Shown in pieces: positions 1-11,163 of a DNA stretch of 64,000 nucleotides (within the stretch, counting starts at the first letter, position 1; every line of letters begins with the position of its first letter). The position numbers and the translations under genes are program-made. Source of the stretch: Candidatus Bathyarchaeota archaeon (GTDB lineage: Archaea > Thermoproteota > Bathyarchaeia > Bathyarchaeales > Bathycorpusculaceae); contig CAWFFH010000001.1 of assembly GCA_963815095.1 (NCBI GenBank), positions 96,001 through 160,000 on the forward strand, written 5' to 3'. A model generated the notes under the pieces. It saw only the letters and a list, made by a program, of their open reading frames with translations, was not told where the DNA came from and did no database searches.

Positions 1-429
1 CGCGATTGCATGAGCCCACTCAACATCTAAACAAGCTTCCAGTTGCCAATCTATGTTAGAAGGAGGAGGCGGAGCCGTTCCAGGCATCTTGAAGACATTA
101 AAGTTGCCAGTGTTGTTTGTTTGAAGATTATATTGGGTTGAAAACGTATTGAAGTAATTCAGAATGTTTTCAATATCATAAGCATCAACTATTGCGATTG
201 TGGTCCCTGCGCCGCCGGAAGAGGGCAAACCATAGGCTGTTCTTATTTGGTCGGGGCTATAACCTATCGGGGTGGAAGAACCGACAAAGGGGGAAATATA
301 CATTGGCTGTGCCATCCAATCGTCCTCGGGATGTGCATTCGTGTTGGCAACGAATGGGACGAAGAAAGCGAAAATAAACATTGAACATGTAGTGAAGACC
401 AAAATTTGGGTTGCTTGGCATCGATTCAC
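1..429 (-). CDS. S53 (sedolisin/kumamolisin-like) serine peptidase, secreted; 5' part only, runs off the window
   Basis: Manual translation from GTG at 429 gives a signal-like N-terminus, then GYSPDQIRTAYGL, GTTIAIVDAY and EACLDVEWAHAIA (S53 ExxxD motif). Not in the ORF track. Confidence 0.85.
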   Translation of the reverse strand, partial: MNRCQATQILVFTTCSMFIFAFFVPFVANTNAHPEDDWMAQPMYISPFVGSSTPIGYSPDQIRTAYGLPSSGGAGTTIAIVDAYDIENILNYFNTFSTQYNLQTNNTGNFNVFKMPGTAPPPPSNIDWQLEACLDVEWAHAIA

Positions 430-596
430 TTTTTCCAGGTTCCCTTTTTTTTATTCACGGACACTGCATAGCAATTAACAACTACTTATGTGAGTGCCAG
501 TCTTTTATGGTTTATTAACTTGTACTCCACTGTTTTGATTTTTGCAAGCGCAAATAATATAGCCCTATGCAATGCACAATACAGTAAGTGAATTAA

Positions 597-1826
597 ATGT
601 CAATGCAAAAGTCGTATTCACGTTTACTTGGAGTAGTTGGAAAACCAAACACTGGAAAATCCACGTTTTTTAGCGCTGCAACATTGGTAGCGGCTGAAAT
701 AGCCAATTACCCCTTCACCACCATCAAACCAAACCGAGGAGTCGGTTACGTGCGAACAAAATGCGTCCACGAAGACTTCAAAGTCCAAGACAACCCGCGA
801 AACTCGATGTGTCTTGGCGGCGACAGGATGGTTCCAGTCGAATTAATCGACATCGCAGGCATCGTGCCAGGCGCCTGGGAAGGAAAAGGCTTAGGCAATC
901 AGTTCCTAGACGAAATCCGCCGAGCAGACGCCCTCGTCCATGTCGTTGACGCTTCAGGCGGAACCGACTGCGAAGGCAAAAGCTGCAAACCAGGCGAACA
1001 CGACCCAATCGAAGACATCCAGTTTCTGGAAAAAGAAATCAACATGTGGATGCAAAATATCCTCAAAAAAGACTGGTCAAAAATCTCCAGAACCGTGGAA
1101 ACCGACAAAAAAGGACTTGCCCACCACCTGGAAGACCGCTTAGCAGGCTTAAGCATCAAGCGTCAATGTGTGGCTGAAGCTGCCAGAAGATCAAATCTAA
1201 ACATTGAAAGACCCGTCTCTTGGACTGATGATGACTTTTACCGTTTCGTAGACAACCTTCGCCGCATTTCTAAGCCGCTTTTGATTATTGCTAACAAAGT
1301 TGATTTGCCAACTGCCCAAGCAAACATTGAACGAATGAAAAAACTTGACTACGTCGTTATTCCCTGCTCGGCAGAAGCAGAGTTGGTGCTGAGGCGTGCG
1401 GCGGAGAAGCAGCTGATTGATTATAAGTCAGGCGATAAAGACTTCACAATTACGCATCCTGAGAAGCTGTCGACTGGCCAAATTAGGGCGCTGGAACAGG
1501 TGAAAGAAAAAATCCTCAAACCCAACGGCGCCACCGGCGTACAGGAAGCAATAAACACCGCTTACTTCAAACTGCTTGATATGATAACGGTCTATCCAGT
1601 TGAAGACTTAGAACACTTAACCGACCACAACGGGCGCGTTCTACCTGACGCATACCTCGTACCTAAAGGAACCACCGCACACCTATTCGCGTACATAATC
1701 CATAGTGAACTTGGCGAAAACTTCTTGTATGCTATCGATGCCCGGGATAAAAGAAGAATCGGTGAAGACGCCATCCTCAAAGACCGCGACGTTATATCAA
1801 TTGTCAGCGCAAAAAAACGCGCCTAA
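597..1826 (+). CDS. ychF: Obg-family redox-regulated ATPase YchF (archaeal type)
   Basis: [32 protein letters not shown] motifs and a C-terminal TGS-like domain. Confidence 0.92.
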   Translation: MSMQKSYSRLLGVVGKPNTGKSTFFSAATLVAAEIANYPFTTIKPNRGVGYVRTKCVHEDFKVQDNPRNSMCLGGDRMVPVELIDIAGIVPGAWEGKGLGNQFLDEIRRADALVHVVDASGGTDCEGKSCKPGEHDPIEDIQFLEKEINMWMQNILKKDWSKISRTVETDKKGLAHHLEDRLAGLSIKRQCVAEAARRSNLNIERPVSWTDDDFYRFVDNLRRISKPLLIIANKVDLPTAQANIERMKKLDYVVIPCSAEAELVLRRAAEKQLIDYKSGDKDFTITHPEKLSTGQIRALEQVKEKILKPNGATGVQEAINTAYFKLLDMITVYPVEDLEHLTDHNGRVLPDAYLVPKGTTAHLFAYIIHSELGENFLYAIDARDKRRIGEDAILKDRDVISIVSAKKRA

Positions 1827-1833
1827 TCTTTTT

Positions 1834-2635
1834 TTATGATCCGAAACGCCGCTTGCGGTGCTGAAACACCCTAATTGCCCTTAAAAGGTCAATGAGTCGG
1901 AAGTCAGGCCAGTAAACATCAAGGAATAGCAGTTCGCTGTAGGCGGCTTGCCAAAGCAGAAACCCGCTGAGGCGTTCCTCGCCTGAGGTGCGGATAATCA
2001 TGTCTGGGTCCTGTTTAGTCATGTGTGACGTATAGAGGTACTTTTCAAAGGTTTCCTCAGTTATGTCATCGATTTTAAGTTCGTTGTTCTGCACTTTCTT
2101 AGCGATGATTTTGGCTGCATCGACAATTTCTGCTCTTCCACCATATGCGAAGGCAAAGTTCCAGAAGTAACAATCATAGTTCTCAGTGGCTTTTTCAAGT
2201 TCTGCGATGGTTTGTTGCAAGCTATCAGGCAACATATTTGTTCTACCGATAACTTTCACATGTATTTTGTCCCTGTGAAGACGTTCATCTTTTAAGAGTT
2301 TACGGAAACGCTCTTCAGCAATCTGCATAATCTAGCGCAACTTCATCTGAATGCCTGGTAAAGTTTTCAGTGGAGAAAGTATAAAGAGTAACGTATTTCA
2401 CGCCTATCATATGGCACCAATCTAAAAGTTGCTCAACTGTGTCGGCGCCTCCTCCGTGTCCCCATTTGTCCCTCGTAAGCATGGGGTGAGTTTCATTTGC
2501 ATTCGCCCAACGTCTGTTTCCATCCAGAATTATAGCTATGTGTTCGGGTTTGTTGCCGTTTTTGACCTGTTGCCACAGCCATTTCTCGTAAGCCTTGTAG
2601 GCGCCGATGACTGAAAGAAACCTCTGAAGCACCAA
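1834..2635 (-). CDS. uppS: cis-prenyltransferase / polyprenyl diphosphate synthase, split by one frameshift near 2320-2335
   Basis: HIAIILDGNRRWA and FSTENF in ORF 2315-2635; YGGRAEI and IRTSGEERLSGFLLWQ in ORF 1834-2328. Confidence 0.93.
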
Positions 2636-2756
2636 TTGAACCTCTCATGTATGAAGGATTTTGCACTTACATTTTTTACTGTGCACTATAGCTTAAGCCT
2701 TTATGGGTTAAATTAAAGCTTCCTCTAAAATGAAAAGAAACAAACCGGAAATAAAT

Positions 2757-3988
2757 TTAGAGTTCTTCAGCTTTTTCGTCTCGTCTCTTGAAGAAATCTT
2801 TGGCCGACCGATTAACTATATAAATCAACAGTACTGAGGCAACGCCGATTAAGAATGCCCACGATTATAGTGAAGAGGAAACTTGAAAAGATTGAGTCAT
2901 TTAACCCAACCACCGCAGACGTATTTGTTATAATAGTGGATTATAACGTTCGCTGTTCCAACCAAAACCCACCGTGACCAAGCCACGGAAACGATTAAAG
3001 CAATGTTTCTCAGTAATTTTGAATCTCTCTCAACATACAATCTTACAATTCGTCCTAACAGAACAATGATTATGCCCGCTACTAAAAGATCAATAATTCC
3101 TGTAATGAAGTAATACGCTACTCTTGGAGTCATGCTTAGCCACCCAGCCAAGTTGGCGGCAGGCGCAACGTTGATGTTAACGTTTGCTACACCCAAGTAA
3201 ACACTCACGGCAATGCAAAGTATTCCTGCAATTACGGTGTAGTTTGAAATTTGCATGGGAAGTGAGGGCGGCGAGTAATCTCTTGCCCATTTGTAGAGAT
3301 CTTTAGTAGCTTTGTCAACACCGAAGCCTTTTAGGAGCAAGAAACCGCCTACAACAATTACGATTGCTATGCCGTAGAAGTAGATGGCGCCGGGGTAGAC
3401 GTAGTTGTTAATTGCCCAAAGGATACCGAAAATTAAAACCAAAATGCCTGGTAATCCCAATGCCATTCGGGCATATCTTGGATTATCTACTAGTAAGCGA
3501 ACGTATTTTCCGAAGACTGCCGCGGTTTCTTCGATGGATTCGCTGTGTTTTATGACTATGCGTCGCACTGATGAAACGGGCACTCTAGATTCCACCAAAG
3601 GTAAAACTGCTTCGTCTGAAAAACCATCAGTAACCAAAATAACTTCGTTGGCACTGAAAGAATTTAGCAAGTTGTTTAATTCGGCAACAAGTTTTCTATC
3701 AGCACCCACGCCCCCCAACTCATTGCCCGAAATGGTTGCAACTTCAAATATTTCTTCAGGTTGCTTTTCATCACGCAATCTATCATAGAGCCTAACCGCT
3801 TCGAACATGGCGTTAGCGTCGGGTTCTTCAGGATCCTTAAGTGCTAAAGCAACTGCACCATCGAGGTTGGCGATTCTTCCCAGAAGAGGCGTTTTTATGC
3901 CTGCTTTAACTTCAATATCGCCATCTCTATCTACACATAAAATTAAGATGCGTTTTTGCGTCTGGGGGTGCGTTTCCTTTTTAGCCAT
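2757..3988 (-). CDS. DUF373 family membrane protein; C-terminus frameshifted, true stop probably near 2757
   Basis: LILCVDRDGD, DPEEPDANAMF, V-TDGFSDE motifs. A hydrophobic helix continues in shifted frames to ...DEKAEEL*. Confidence 0.85.
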
Positions 3989-4022
3989 CGAATCTCTATC
4001 TCATTAATATTGCCACTTAGCT

Positions 4023-4996
4023 TTAAGCTTGTGTTTCTTTATCATCCTCTTCTTCATCGCCGAGCATGAATTGAAACTCTTCCCAGTTTACTTTTTCTCC
4101 GCGTTGCAGTTTTTCTTTGGCTTCTGCACCTATTTTCTCTTTAATCTCCTTTTCTTTAACTGCGCGCTGCATCTGTTCCTCTTTTCTCTTAGCTTGCTCT
4201 TCTCTGCGCCTAACTTGTTCCTCGTTTCTTCTTGCTTCATCCTCTGCTCTTCTGCATAGCGATTGCTCCCTATTGGCAGTCCTGATGCTTGTCGATTGAC
4301 CAATCAACTCACTAATTTGTGCATACCAGAGGATATTTTGGTCTTTAGCATTAACAAATGCTTGATGGAGACTATCCGCTTCGGCTCTATCCCTTTTAAG
4401 GGCGTTTAGTTTTTCCATCATCGTTGAATGCAGTTCTTGGCTTTTTTTGGCTAACTCGGTTAATTCATTGTGAAAAACGTCTGCCTCGGCATCAATTACT
4501 TTGCGTTGAACAAGTAACGCTTTGATTTTTTCATGTCTTTTATCGATTTTTTTGTAATTCTTTAAGCTGAATTTCAAGCTCTTTTACTTCGCCCACAAGC
4601 CGTTTTTCCTCTTGCATATCTAGCTGAGGTGGTTGAAATTTTCCATTCAATAGCGTCAAGCTCTTCTTGCAATTCACGTTGGCTTACGCGAGGTAAATTC
4701 TTTTTGAGTTCAGCGATTTTTTCATCTAATCGCATTAATTTCATCCATAATTGGTGTAGCTTTAACTCTTACAAGATCTCTTTGCTCTTTTAGCAACTTT
4801 ACCTTCTCATTGAGGGCGTCCCTTTCAGTTTTTATTTTGTTAATTTCTTCTCGGGACTTTCGTCACTTGGTCGTGTAATCTGGTTTCTTTTCTCAACGTA
4901 TTTTTTGATTTGAGCGTTTGCTTCACCAATTTGCTTTTTTAGTTTATCGATCTGCAGATTGATGTTTCCTTCTGAGCTAGTTTTTTGTTCTGACAC
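4023..4996 (-). CDS. Archaeal coiled-coil protein (COG1340-like), several frameshifts
   Basis: K/E/R-rich heptads and C-terminal KLQRGEKVNWEEF. Upstream broken frames start at GTG 4996. Usual neighbour of DUF373/uppS. Confidence 0.7.
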
Positions 4997-5151
4997 GCCT
5001 TAGCCTCTGTAAGATGAAAGTTATACCATAGCTTTGTTATCGGAATTTATATTGATTTACTTTAGAAACTATGGCTACCCCATTGAAACCCTGTTTTTAC
5101 ATGTTATAATTTTAAATATGTGCTGACACCATGATTGGTTGAGATGGAAAC

Positions 5152-5564
5152 ATGACCTTCAACTACGATGAACTACTTAAGACGAGCATGCGCTCAAATG
5201 CCCCAAGTCTCCGAAAAACGCGAACGCTTAGAATTACCCCGACTTTTTGTTAACACCGTAGGTATGCGCACAATAATTTCTAACTTTAAAGAAGTAGCCG
5301 ACTGCATTAGATCGCGACCCCCAACACATCCTAAAGTTCTTAACCCGAGAAATGGCAACAGCAGCCACTTTCGCTGATACTCGCGCTATCTTCCAAGGAA
5401 AATTCCAGCGAGATAGCTTCGAGCGACTACTGCAAAGGTATCTTGAGGGTTATGTTAGTTGCCCAGTATGCAAACGCCCAGACACCAGAATAGTCAAAGA
5501 AAAACGCTTGTCTTTTCTGGTATGTAACGCCTGCGGAGCAAAATCATCCATCAAGCAACTATGA
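5152..5564 (+). CDS. eif2b: Translation initiation factor aIF-2 subunit beta, two frameshifts
   Basis: MTFNYDELL..., TIISNFKEVAD, and YVSCPVCKRPDT...LVCNACGA zinc ribbon across frames. Confidence 0.9.
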
Positions 5565-5574
5565 GAGAGATAAC

Positions 5575-5871
5575 TTGGAAGTTTACCTAAACATAAAAAA
5601 GATCGGTCAAAACGTTCTCTTAGCAGTCTGCGACTGTGACTTGCTTGGAAAGACGCTTCGGGAAGGCAAAATTGTCTTTAAAATAAAAGACGAATTCTAC
5701 AATGGGCGAAAAGCAACAGTGGATGAAGCGGTTGGTTTGATTAATAATTCGACAATTGTGAACCTTGTAGGCAAGTGCTGTGTTGAAACCGCTATCGCTC
5801 AAGGGTATGTTCATCCAGACGCAGTTATAAAAATTGAAGGCATTCCGCATGCCCAAATAATGAAGTTATAA
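5575..5871 (+). CDS. DUF424 family protein
   Basis: LLAVCDCDLLGK, EFYNG, TIVNLVG, GIPHAQ motifs; conserved neighbour of aIF-2beta. Confidence 0.88.
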   Translation: MEVYLNIKKIGQNVLLAVCDCDLLGKTLREGKIVFKIKDEFYNGRKATVDEAVGLINNSTIVNLVGKCCVETAIAQGYVHPDAVIKIEGIPHAQIMKL

Positions 5872-5918
5872 AATAGAAAATTTTAGCCCAAAAAATAGGG
5901 CTTTTTAGTTTTCTTTGG

Positions 5919-6302
5919 TTAAATTGGTGCAGACTCATATTTTGGCTTGGTTGACGAAGTCATTTCCGCCATTTTCTTTACCTTTGCAATTTGTCGTTTC
6001 ACATCTTCCACGCCTGATTCAAATGATTGGAGTGGAATTACTTCCCAAGAATTCTGGGCCCAAAATGGTAAACTTTGAAGCAAAACGCTGAGTTTTTCGG
6101 CAGATGGCGCCTCAACTAATATCACTCCAGCCCGTTGAGCTGCAAATAATCCGCCTGCAACTTTGTTTTTATCCTCCCAATCCTTCATCATTTCGATGCT
6201 GGGCAGAACAATGTTTTCAGATACCATGACAAAATTTGCGGGGTCAATTGGACCACCATAATCAATTCCTCGACCTATAATTAAAAACTTCAAAATTTTC
6301 AC
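5919..6302 (-). CDS. Dimeric alpha/beta-barrel protein (muconolactone isomerase / DUF3303-like)
   Basis: GVILVEAPSAEKLSVLLQSLPFW...WEVIPL pattern. Confidence 0.55.
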   Translation of the reverse strand: MKILKFLIIGRGIDYGGPIDPANFVMVSENIVLPSIEMMKDWEDKNKVAGGLFAAQRAGVILVEAPSAEKLSVLLQSLPFWAQNSWEVIPLQSFESGVEDVKRQIAKVKKMAEMTSSTKPKYESAPI

Positions 6303-6394
6303 CGCTAACTATGAAAATTTTCTGCCCTTTAAGAGTATGTGACTGAGGCACAGCACCCACAACCATTGAAGTTTTTTGCAGATTTGTTTCGACA

Positions 6395-8416
6395 CTATTT
6401 TCCATGCTTGATGTTTCGGAAACGTTTGAAGATAATGAAGCCTGCAATCACAATAAGAATTACGGATGCAGTCAAAACCAAAACTAGCGGAAGAGATAAT
6501 TGGTTGTTAGAAGTCACTAAAACGAGAGGACGCATCATTTGGTTGTCTTCATGGTCTAGAATATGGCAGTGCCAAACATACCCAGGACCCGCTGTTGGGT
6601 CAAATTTGTAGTTGGAGCCATCTTGCGGGGTAAATCGTATCCTAATCACCGTTATCGACCCAGCTGCGGCTTGAATAGTGTCTTTCCAGGATTGCTCATT
6701 TGGCGCTGGCTTAACCGGTTGCCCTTCCAGATACCGATTCAAATCCAAGTTTTTCGTAGTTTGGTTTAGGGGTAAGTTTCCGTTAAGAGTTTCCCAATCG
6801 TACATGTATATCGGTGAGTTCAGGGTTTGGCGCTCGACAAGTTGGAATTGAACTAGATGTAAATGGATTGGGTGCACAGTCATCGTGGGATTCACAATTA
6901 TCCAGTCTTCAGTGGTTCCCACCGTAGGCTTCTCTGTAGCTGGGGCATCGTATGATTGCCCATCCAGCAACATCGCCACTGTATTTGGTGAAGTGCCCTC
7001 TTCAACCAATGTTAAAGTTCTGCTTCTTATAGGAGACGGCAAGTTGGGGAAGTTCCCTTTCAAAGTTGGATTCAATTCTGAAGGCAAAGACTTCGGCGAA
7101 TCCCCTTTTGTGTTGCCAATGGTAAACTGAATGATTTGCCCAACGTTCTGCTTTTCATCGGAAGTCAACGCAGGATCTAAATTCTGAAGAACAATTTTCT
7201 CGCCAGTCGCTACATTAGAGAAATCTACAAGCAGGTCAACTCGCTCTGCGGGCGAGATAACAAGAGAGGTCAAAGTTATAGGAGCTTTTAGGTATCCTCC
7301 GTCGCTTCCTATCTGGGTAAACGACATGCCGTTCGAGAAATGCAACGTGTAGGAGCGGTCGTTTGAGCCATCCAAGATTCTAAGGCGGTACTGTCCTTGT
7401 TTAACATCCATGTTTGGCCATACCAAGCCGTTAACCATCAGAGTGTTTCCCAAAAAGGTCGGGTTCCAGTATGGATGCACCGTAGGATTAATGCCGTTGC
7501 TTGGATAGTAAAGCGCGCCGTCCGAGAGAAAATCCCTGTCTTGAATAGCGAGTGGAATTTCAAATTCGCTCTTGGGCAGCGACTGGGCAACTTGGTCACT
7601 GGGTGTCCTTAGGATGTAGAAACCAGCGAGCCCTGCCATTACGTTTAGGCGGGTAATTCCCATTGCATGGTCGTGGTACCAGAGTGTTGTGGCTTGTTGT
7701 TCGTTTGGGTAAATAAAAACTGCTGAATTGCTATCGGTGGGGACCTCGGTGTTGTAGGAAGTTCCATGTAAGCCGTTTGGGGTCCACCAAGCATCTGGGT
7801 TTCCATCAGAAGTCGACGGAGTTTCCCCTCCGTGGAGATGTATTGAAATAGGAACGGGGCTTTGTGCTTGTGGATAACCGTTTGGCGGAGCAGAATCTGG
7901 GTTAGGCGTCTGGATGCCATTGGGGTTAGCCCAGTTAAACGTTGGGTCAACAGCAAACAAATTCGGCAGCGGATTCCCAGAAGAATCTACGAGATCATTT
8001 ACCCATTTCACTTGAACTGGAACTCCTCGAATAGCTTCAAAAGTGCATCCAGGGGTGCTATGAACTAAACCCAAGGTTTCACCTGTAACCGCATTTTTTG
8101 CTTGTCCTTCAAAACCCCAAACAGTAGTTGCTCCAAAACCAGTTGGATTTCCGTTCGAATCGACAGTAGGCAACAATTGTTGCTCAAATTGACTTACACT
8201 AACAGTGTATTCTTGCTGGATTAATTTGCCCGAGCTATCTGTAATGTTGTTTGGAACATAGATTGGGGGAGCTATGGAAAGCTGGTTTGTCCACTTTGGA
8301 ATTGTTTGGGGATCCAAAAGAGTTTGAGTTTGCGAGAAAACGCCTTGAATAATAATGCTTGAAAACATTGAAGTTAAAAGAATAGTTATCAAAAAAACAC
8401 AAATCTTGTTTTTCAT
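6395..8416 (-). CDS. Multicopper oxidase (CotA/bilirubin oxidase-like), secreted with C-terminal TM anchor
   Basis: All four Cu motifs present: IHLHGG, WYHDH, HPIHLH, WHCHILDHEDNQM. N-terminal signal and C-terminal hydrophobic helix. Confidence 0.93.
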   Translation of the reverse strand: MKNKICVFLITILLTSMFSSIIIQGVFSQTQTLLDPQTIPKWTNQLSIAPPIYVPNNITDSSGKLIQQEYTVSVSQFEQQLLPTVDSNGNPTGFGATTVWGFEGQAKNAVTGETLGLVHSTPGCTFEAIRGVPVQVKWVNDLVDSSGNPLPNLFAVDPTFNWANPNGIQTPNPDSAPPNGYPQAQSPVPISIHLHGGETPSTSDGNPDAWWTPNGLHGTSYNTEVPTDSNSAVFIYPNEQQATTLWYHDHAMGITRLNVMAGLAGFYILRTPSDQVAQSLPKSEFEIPLAIQDRDFLSDGALYYPSNGINPTVHPYWNPTFLGNTLMVNGLVWPNMDVKQGQYRLRILDGSNDRSYTLHFSNGMSFTQIGSDGGYLKAPITLTSLVISPAERVDLLVDFSNVATGEKIVLQNLDPALTSDEKQNVGQIIQFTIGNTKGDSPKSLPSELNPTLKGNFPNLPSPIRSRTLTLVEEGTSPNTVAMLLDGQSYDAPATEKPTVGTTEDWIIVNPTMTVHPIHLHLVQFQLVERQTLNSPIYMYDWETLNGNLPLNQTTKNLDLNRYLEGQPVKPAPNEQSWKDTIQAAAGSITVIRIRFTPQDGSNYKFDPTAGPGYVWHCHILDHEDNQMMRPLVLVTSNNQLSLPLVLVLTASVILIVIAGFIIFKRFRNIKHGK

Positions 8417-8586
8417 TGTTGGTTCCTCAAAAACTCGGTGCTTTCCCTGAGAACAATTGCATTTGGCGATATTTAAATGGCGATTTGATTTTGTTCGCGT
8501 TCAGCATCTCGCTCATTTTTTCGGCTTTATCAATAAATTTAATTAACGTTGCCTCTTAAATGGTAATTCAAAACTACTGAGCCTTC

Positions 8587-9945
8587 ATGATGAAAGATGC
8601 CCTAAAAAAAATCGTTTTTAAACGTGCCATCATTATTGTTCTTGTAGCTTTGCTTGTTCTTTCAGCGTTCAACACGTACTTGATTTTTGTTGGAACCCAA
8701 TCTTCCATGAGCACCAATGCGGTGAATTACGATTATGTCCTTTCACGAGATGGCAATAATTACAAGTTGAAGAATATGCTAACGGGTTATGTGACGGAGA
8801 AAACAGCAAGTGCCTCGTCGATGCTAAATTCGGCTTTGTCGTCAGGAAACTCTGTTTTTCTCAACAAAGGAACATACCTTTTAACCAGCGACATAGTCGT
8901 TTCGAATAAAGTGAATGCTAAAATCGTTGGTAACAACGATGCAACCATTATCGGCAACGGCCACAAAATAATTGTTTACGGTGAAAACTATACAACCTCA
9001 AAAAACACCCTCATTTCAGGCTTAACTCTAATCAATGCTACCGTCAGGGTAGAGAACTCCTTTGGAACAACCATACAAAACATCGCCTTCGAAAATACCT
9101 CAACAGGCATCGAATTTGTCAACACCAATACCTGGAGTGAATACAACAAAGTTGAAAACTGCCAATTCATCAACTTCACCGAAGGCATCGCTTTTCGCAG
9201 TCCAGTCCTCAACGGCACAGGCTCTTATGCTAGCACACAAATAGACCGATGCTCCTTTAACCTGAGGGATTATTCGGTAGGCATCAAGGTTGAGCAATCA
9301 GCGGAGTTTTCCGACAGCCAAATTCAAGATGTCCGCTTCTGGATGGGCGAAAACGAATACACCAACCAAACAGGAATTTACGTTGATGGCGCAATGGATC
9401 AGACATTGTTGTTTGGGGTAGTGTTTGAGTCGTTTACTTCTCTACCTAACTATTTGTTCGGTATAGATATTGGCAATAACTGCAACCCTGCACCTATTCT
9501 TAATGGCGGCGTCAGCTTTTTGGGCAATTGGACCGCTAAAATCCATGATTCCCAAGGCATATGGCTTTCCGGCGATGACACTCTCTTTAAAAAAGAAAAC
9601 ATCAACGTTCCCGTCGGAACCACCAATGCTTTTGGGCTAAACGAGAGCATTCAGGTTAGACCTCTAACGATTTTGTCTTTTAAACCTAACATAGCGGTGA
9701 GTGGCAGTTTCTTTGATAACGAAACTGTAACGGTAAGAATCCGCCTAGAATACATTGACAACGTTATCTCAGATTCAATCACGAAAACCTTCACCAACAG
9801 CAGCTCACTTTGGCTATCAGATGAGGATATGATGCAGCTATTCCCATCTCAAGATATAGTTTGGGCTATTTGGTTTGACGCGAAAAGTAGCTCAAGCTCC
9901 ACAGATGCCATTGTGGCAATTAGCGGTTACGGCACAGCAGGATAG
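8587..9945 (+). CDS. Membrane-anchored extracellular protein with probable pectin-lyase-like beta-helix
   Basis: N-terminal TM; SVFLNKGTYLL motif followed by N/T/S-rich beta repeats. Confidence 0.55.
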   Translation: MMKDALKKIVFKRAIIIVLVALLVLSAFNTYLIFVGTQSSMSTNAVNYDYVLSRDGNNYKLKNMLTGYVTEKTASASSMLNSALSSGNSVFLNKGTYLLTSDIVVSNKVNAKIVGNNDATIIGNGHKIIVYGENYTTSKNTLISGLTLINATVRVENSFGTTIQNIAFENTSTGIEFVNTNTWSEYNKVENCQFINFTEGIAFRSPVLNGTGSYASTQIDRCSFNLRDYSVGIKVEQSAEFSDSQIQDVRFWMGENEYTNQTGIYVDGAMDQTLLFGVVFESFTSLPNYLFGIDIGNNCNPAPILNGGVSFLGNWTAKIHDSQGIWLSGDDTLFKKENINVPVGTTNAFGLNESIQVRPLTILSFKPNIAVSGSFFDNETVTVRIRLEYIDNVISDSITKTFTNSSSLWLSDEDMMQLFPSQDIVWAIWFDAKSSSSSTDAIVAISGYGTAG

Positions 9946-9955
9946 GTTGTCAAAG

Positions 9956-10192
9956 ATGCGGATTGGTGTTTGTGGAATCGCGTGCGAGAAATGCCCAAGA
10001 ATGCAAAGCGGTACTTGCCCAAATGGAACATTAGGTTGTGTGGCAAAGGAAAACAAGTTCTGCAAAATCTGTAACTGCGCCTATACCAAAGGAGTCAGAC
10101 TTTGCTTTGAATGCAAAGAGTTTCCATGCGAAACCACCAAGCAAGGACCCATCAGTTATGGTTACTGCCAATACATTTCGGGCAAACCCTAA
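9956..10192 (+). CDS. Small Cys-rich protein (DUF3795-like)
   Basis: GVCGIACEKCP...C...C...CKICNCA...CFECKEFPC. Confidence 0.7.
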   Translation: MRIGVCGIACEKCPRMQSGTCPNGTLGCVAKENKFCKICNCAYTKGVRLCFECKEFPCETTKQGPISYGYCQYISGKP

Positions 10193-10236
10193 TCGTTAGT
10201 TTTAAGTTTGCCGTCGCAAATCTATCTTTGATTACT

Positions 10237-11163
10237 ATGGATTCCCGTGAAATTGTTATCGAAGCTAAAGGCTTAACAAAGAAATTCGACAATTTCATGG
10301 CAGTTGACCACATAGACTTCAAAGTCTACAAGGGCGAATGCGTTGGCTTTTTGGGACCCAACGGTGCAGGAAAAACAACCACAGTTCGTATGATGTACTG
10401 TTTTCTACCACCAACTGAGGGAGAACTCATCGTTTCGGGCTTGAGCGTCCACACACAATGCCGAGAAATAAAAGCTCTCGTTGGTGTGGCGCCCCAAGAG
10501 GACAATTTAGACCCAGATTTCACAGTTATAAAAAACTTGACCGTGTATTGCCGCTACTTTGGAACCCCAAAAGATGAAGCCCTCAAACGCGCAAACTACC
10601 AGCTAAAGTTTTTCCAACTTGAGGAAAAAAAAGATGCTCCCATAGCTGCCCTATCAGGAGGAATGAAGCGTCGCTTAATTTTTGCTAGGGCGCTAATAAA
10701 TCAGCCTCAAATTCTTCTTTTAGATGAGCCGACCACAGGGTTGGATCCGCAGGCAAGGCATTTGGCGTGGGATGAAGTACGCAGCTTAAAGAAAAAACAA
10801 GTGACGATTATTTTAAATACACATTACATGGATGAAGCCGCTGTCTTATGTGACCGCATCCTTATCGTTGATAAGGGAAAAATCATCGAGGAAGGCAAAC
10901 CCTCTGAACTGGTCAAGAAGCATGTTGGCGAAGAGGTTTTAGAAGTTGACTACGATGAGAAGCTGCTGCCAAGTTTGAAAGAAGCGTTTCCAGACGCAGA
11001 TTTTGAGCATTTAGGTGACCGACTGCAAATCTTCACTGAAAAACCCCATGGTGTTTTTGAAGGCTACTTAAAAGAGCACCCAATGCAAAACGTAGCCATA
11101 CGCTCAGCTAACCTTGAAGATGTTTTCCTTAAACTGACAGGAAGAGGGTTAAGGGAAGAATGA
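10237..11163 (+). CDS. ABC exporter ATP-binding protein (NodI-like)
   Basis: GPNGAGKTT, LSGGMKRR, LLLDEPT, THYMDEA. Confidence 0.92.
   Translation: MDSREIVIEAKGLTKKFDNFMAVDHIDFKVYKGECVGFLGPNGAGKTTTVRMMYCFLPPTEGELIVSGLSVHTQCREIKALVGVAPQEDNLDPDFTVIKNLTVYCRYFGTPKDEALKRANYQLKFFQLEEKKDAPIAALSGGMKRRLIFARALINQPQILLLDEPTTGLDPQARHLAWDEVRSLKKKQVTIILNTHYMDEAAVLCDRILIVDKGKIIEEGKPSELVKKHVGEEVLEVDYDEKLLPSLKEAFPDADFEHLGDRLQIFTEKPHGVFEGYLKEHPMQNVAIRSANLEDVFLKLTGRGLREE

Noticed and set aside
192-478. Plus-strand ORFs 192-377 and 272-478, and the many short antisense ORFs in the track
   Set aside because: They are shadows of well-supported genes on the opposite strand or in another frame (here the S53 peptidase).
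1834-5564. Programmed ribosomal frameshifting in uppS or aIF-2beta
   Set aside because: Multiple scattered indels in adjacent genes with no common slippery motif; assembly error is more parsimonious.
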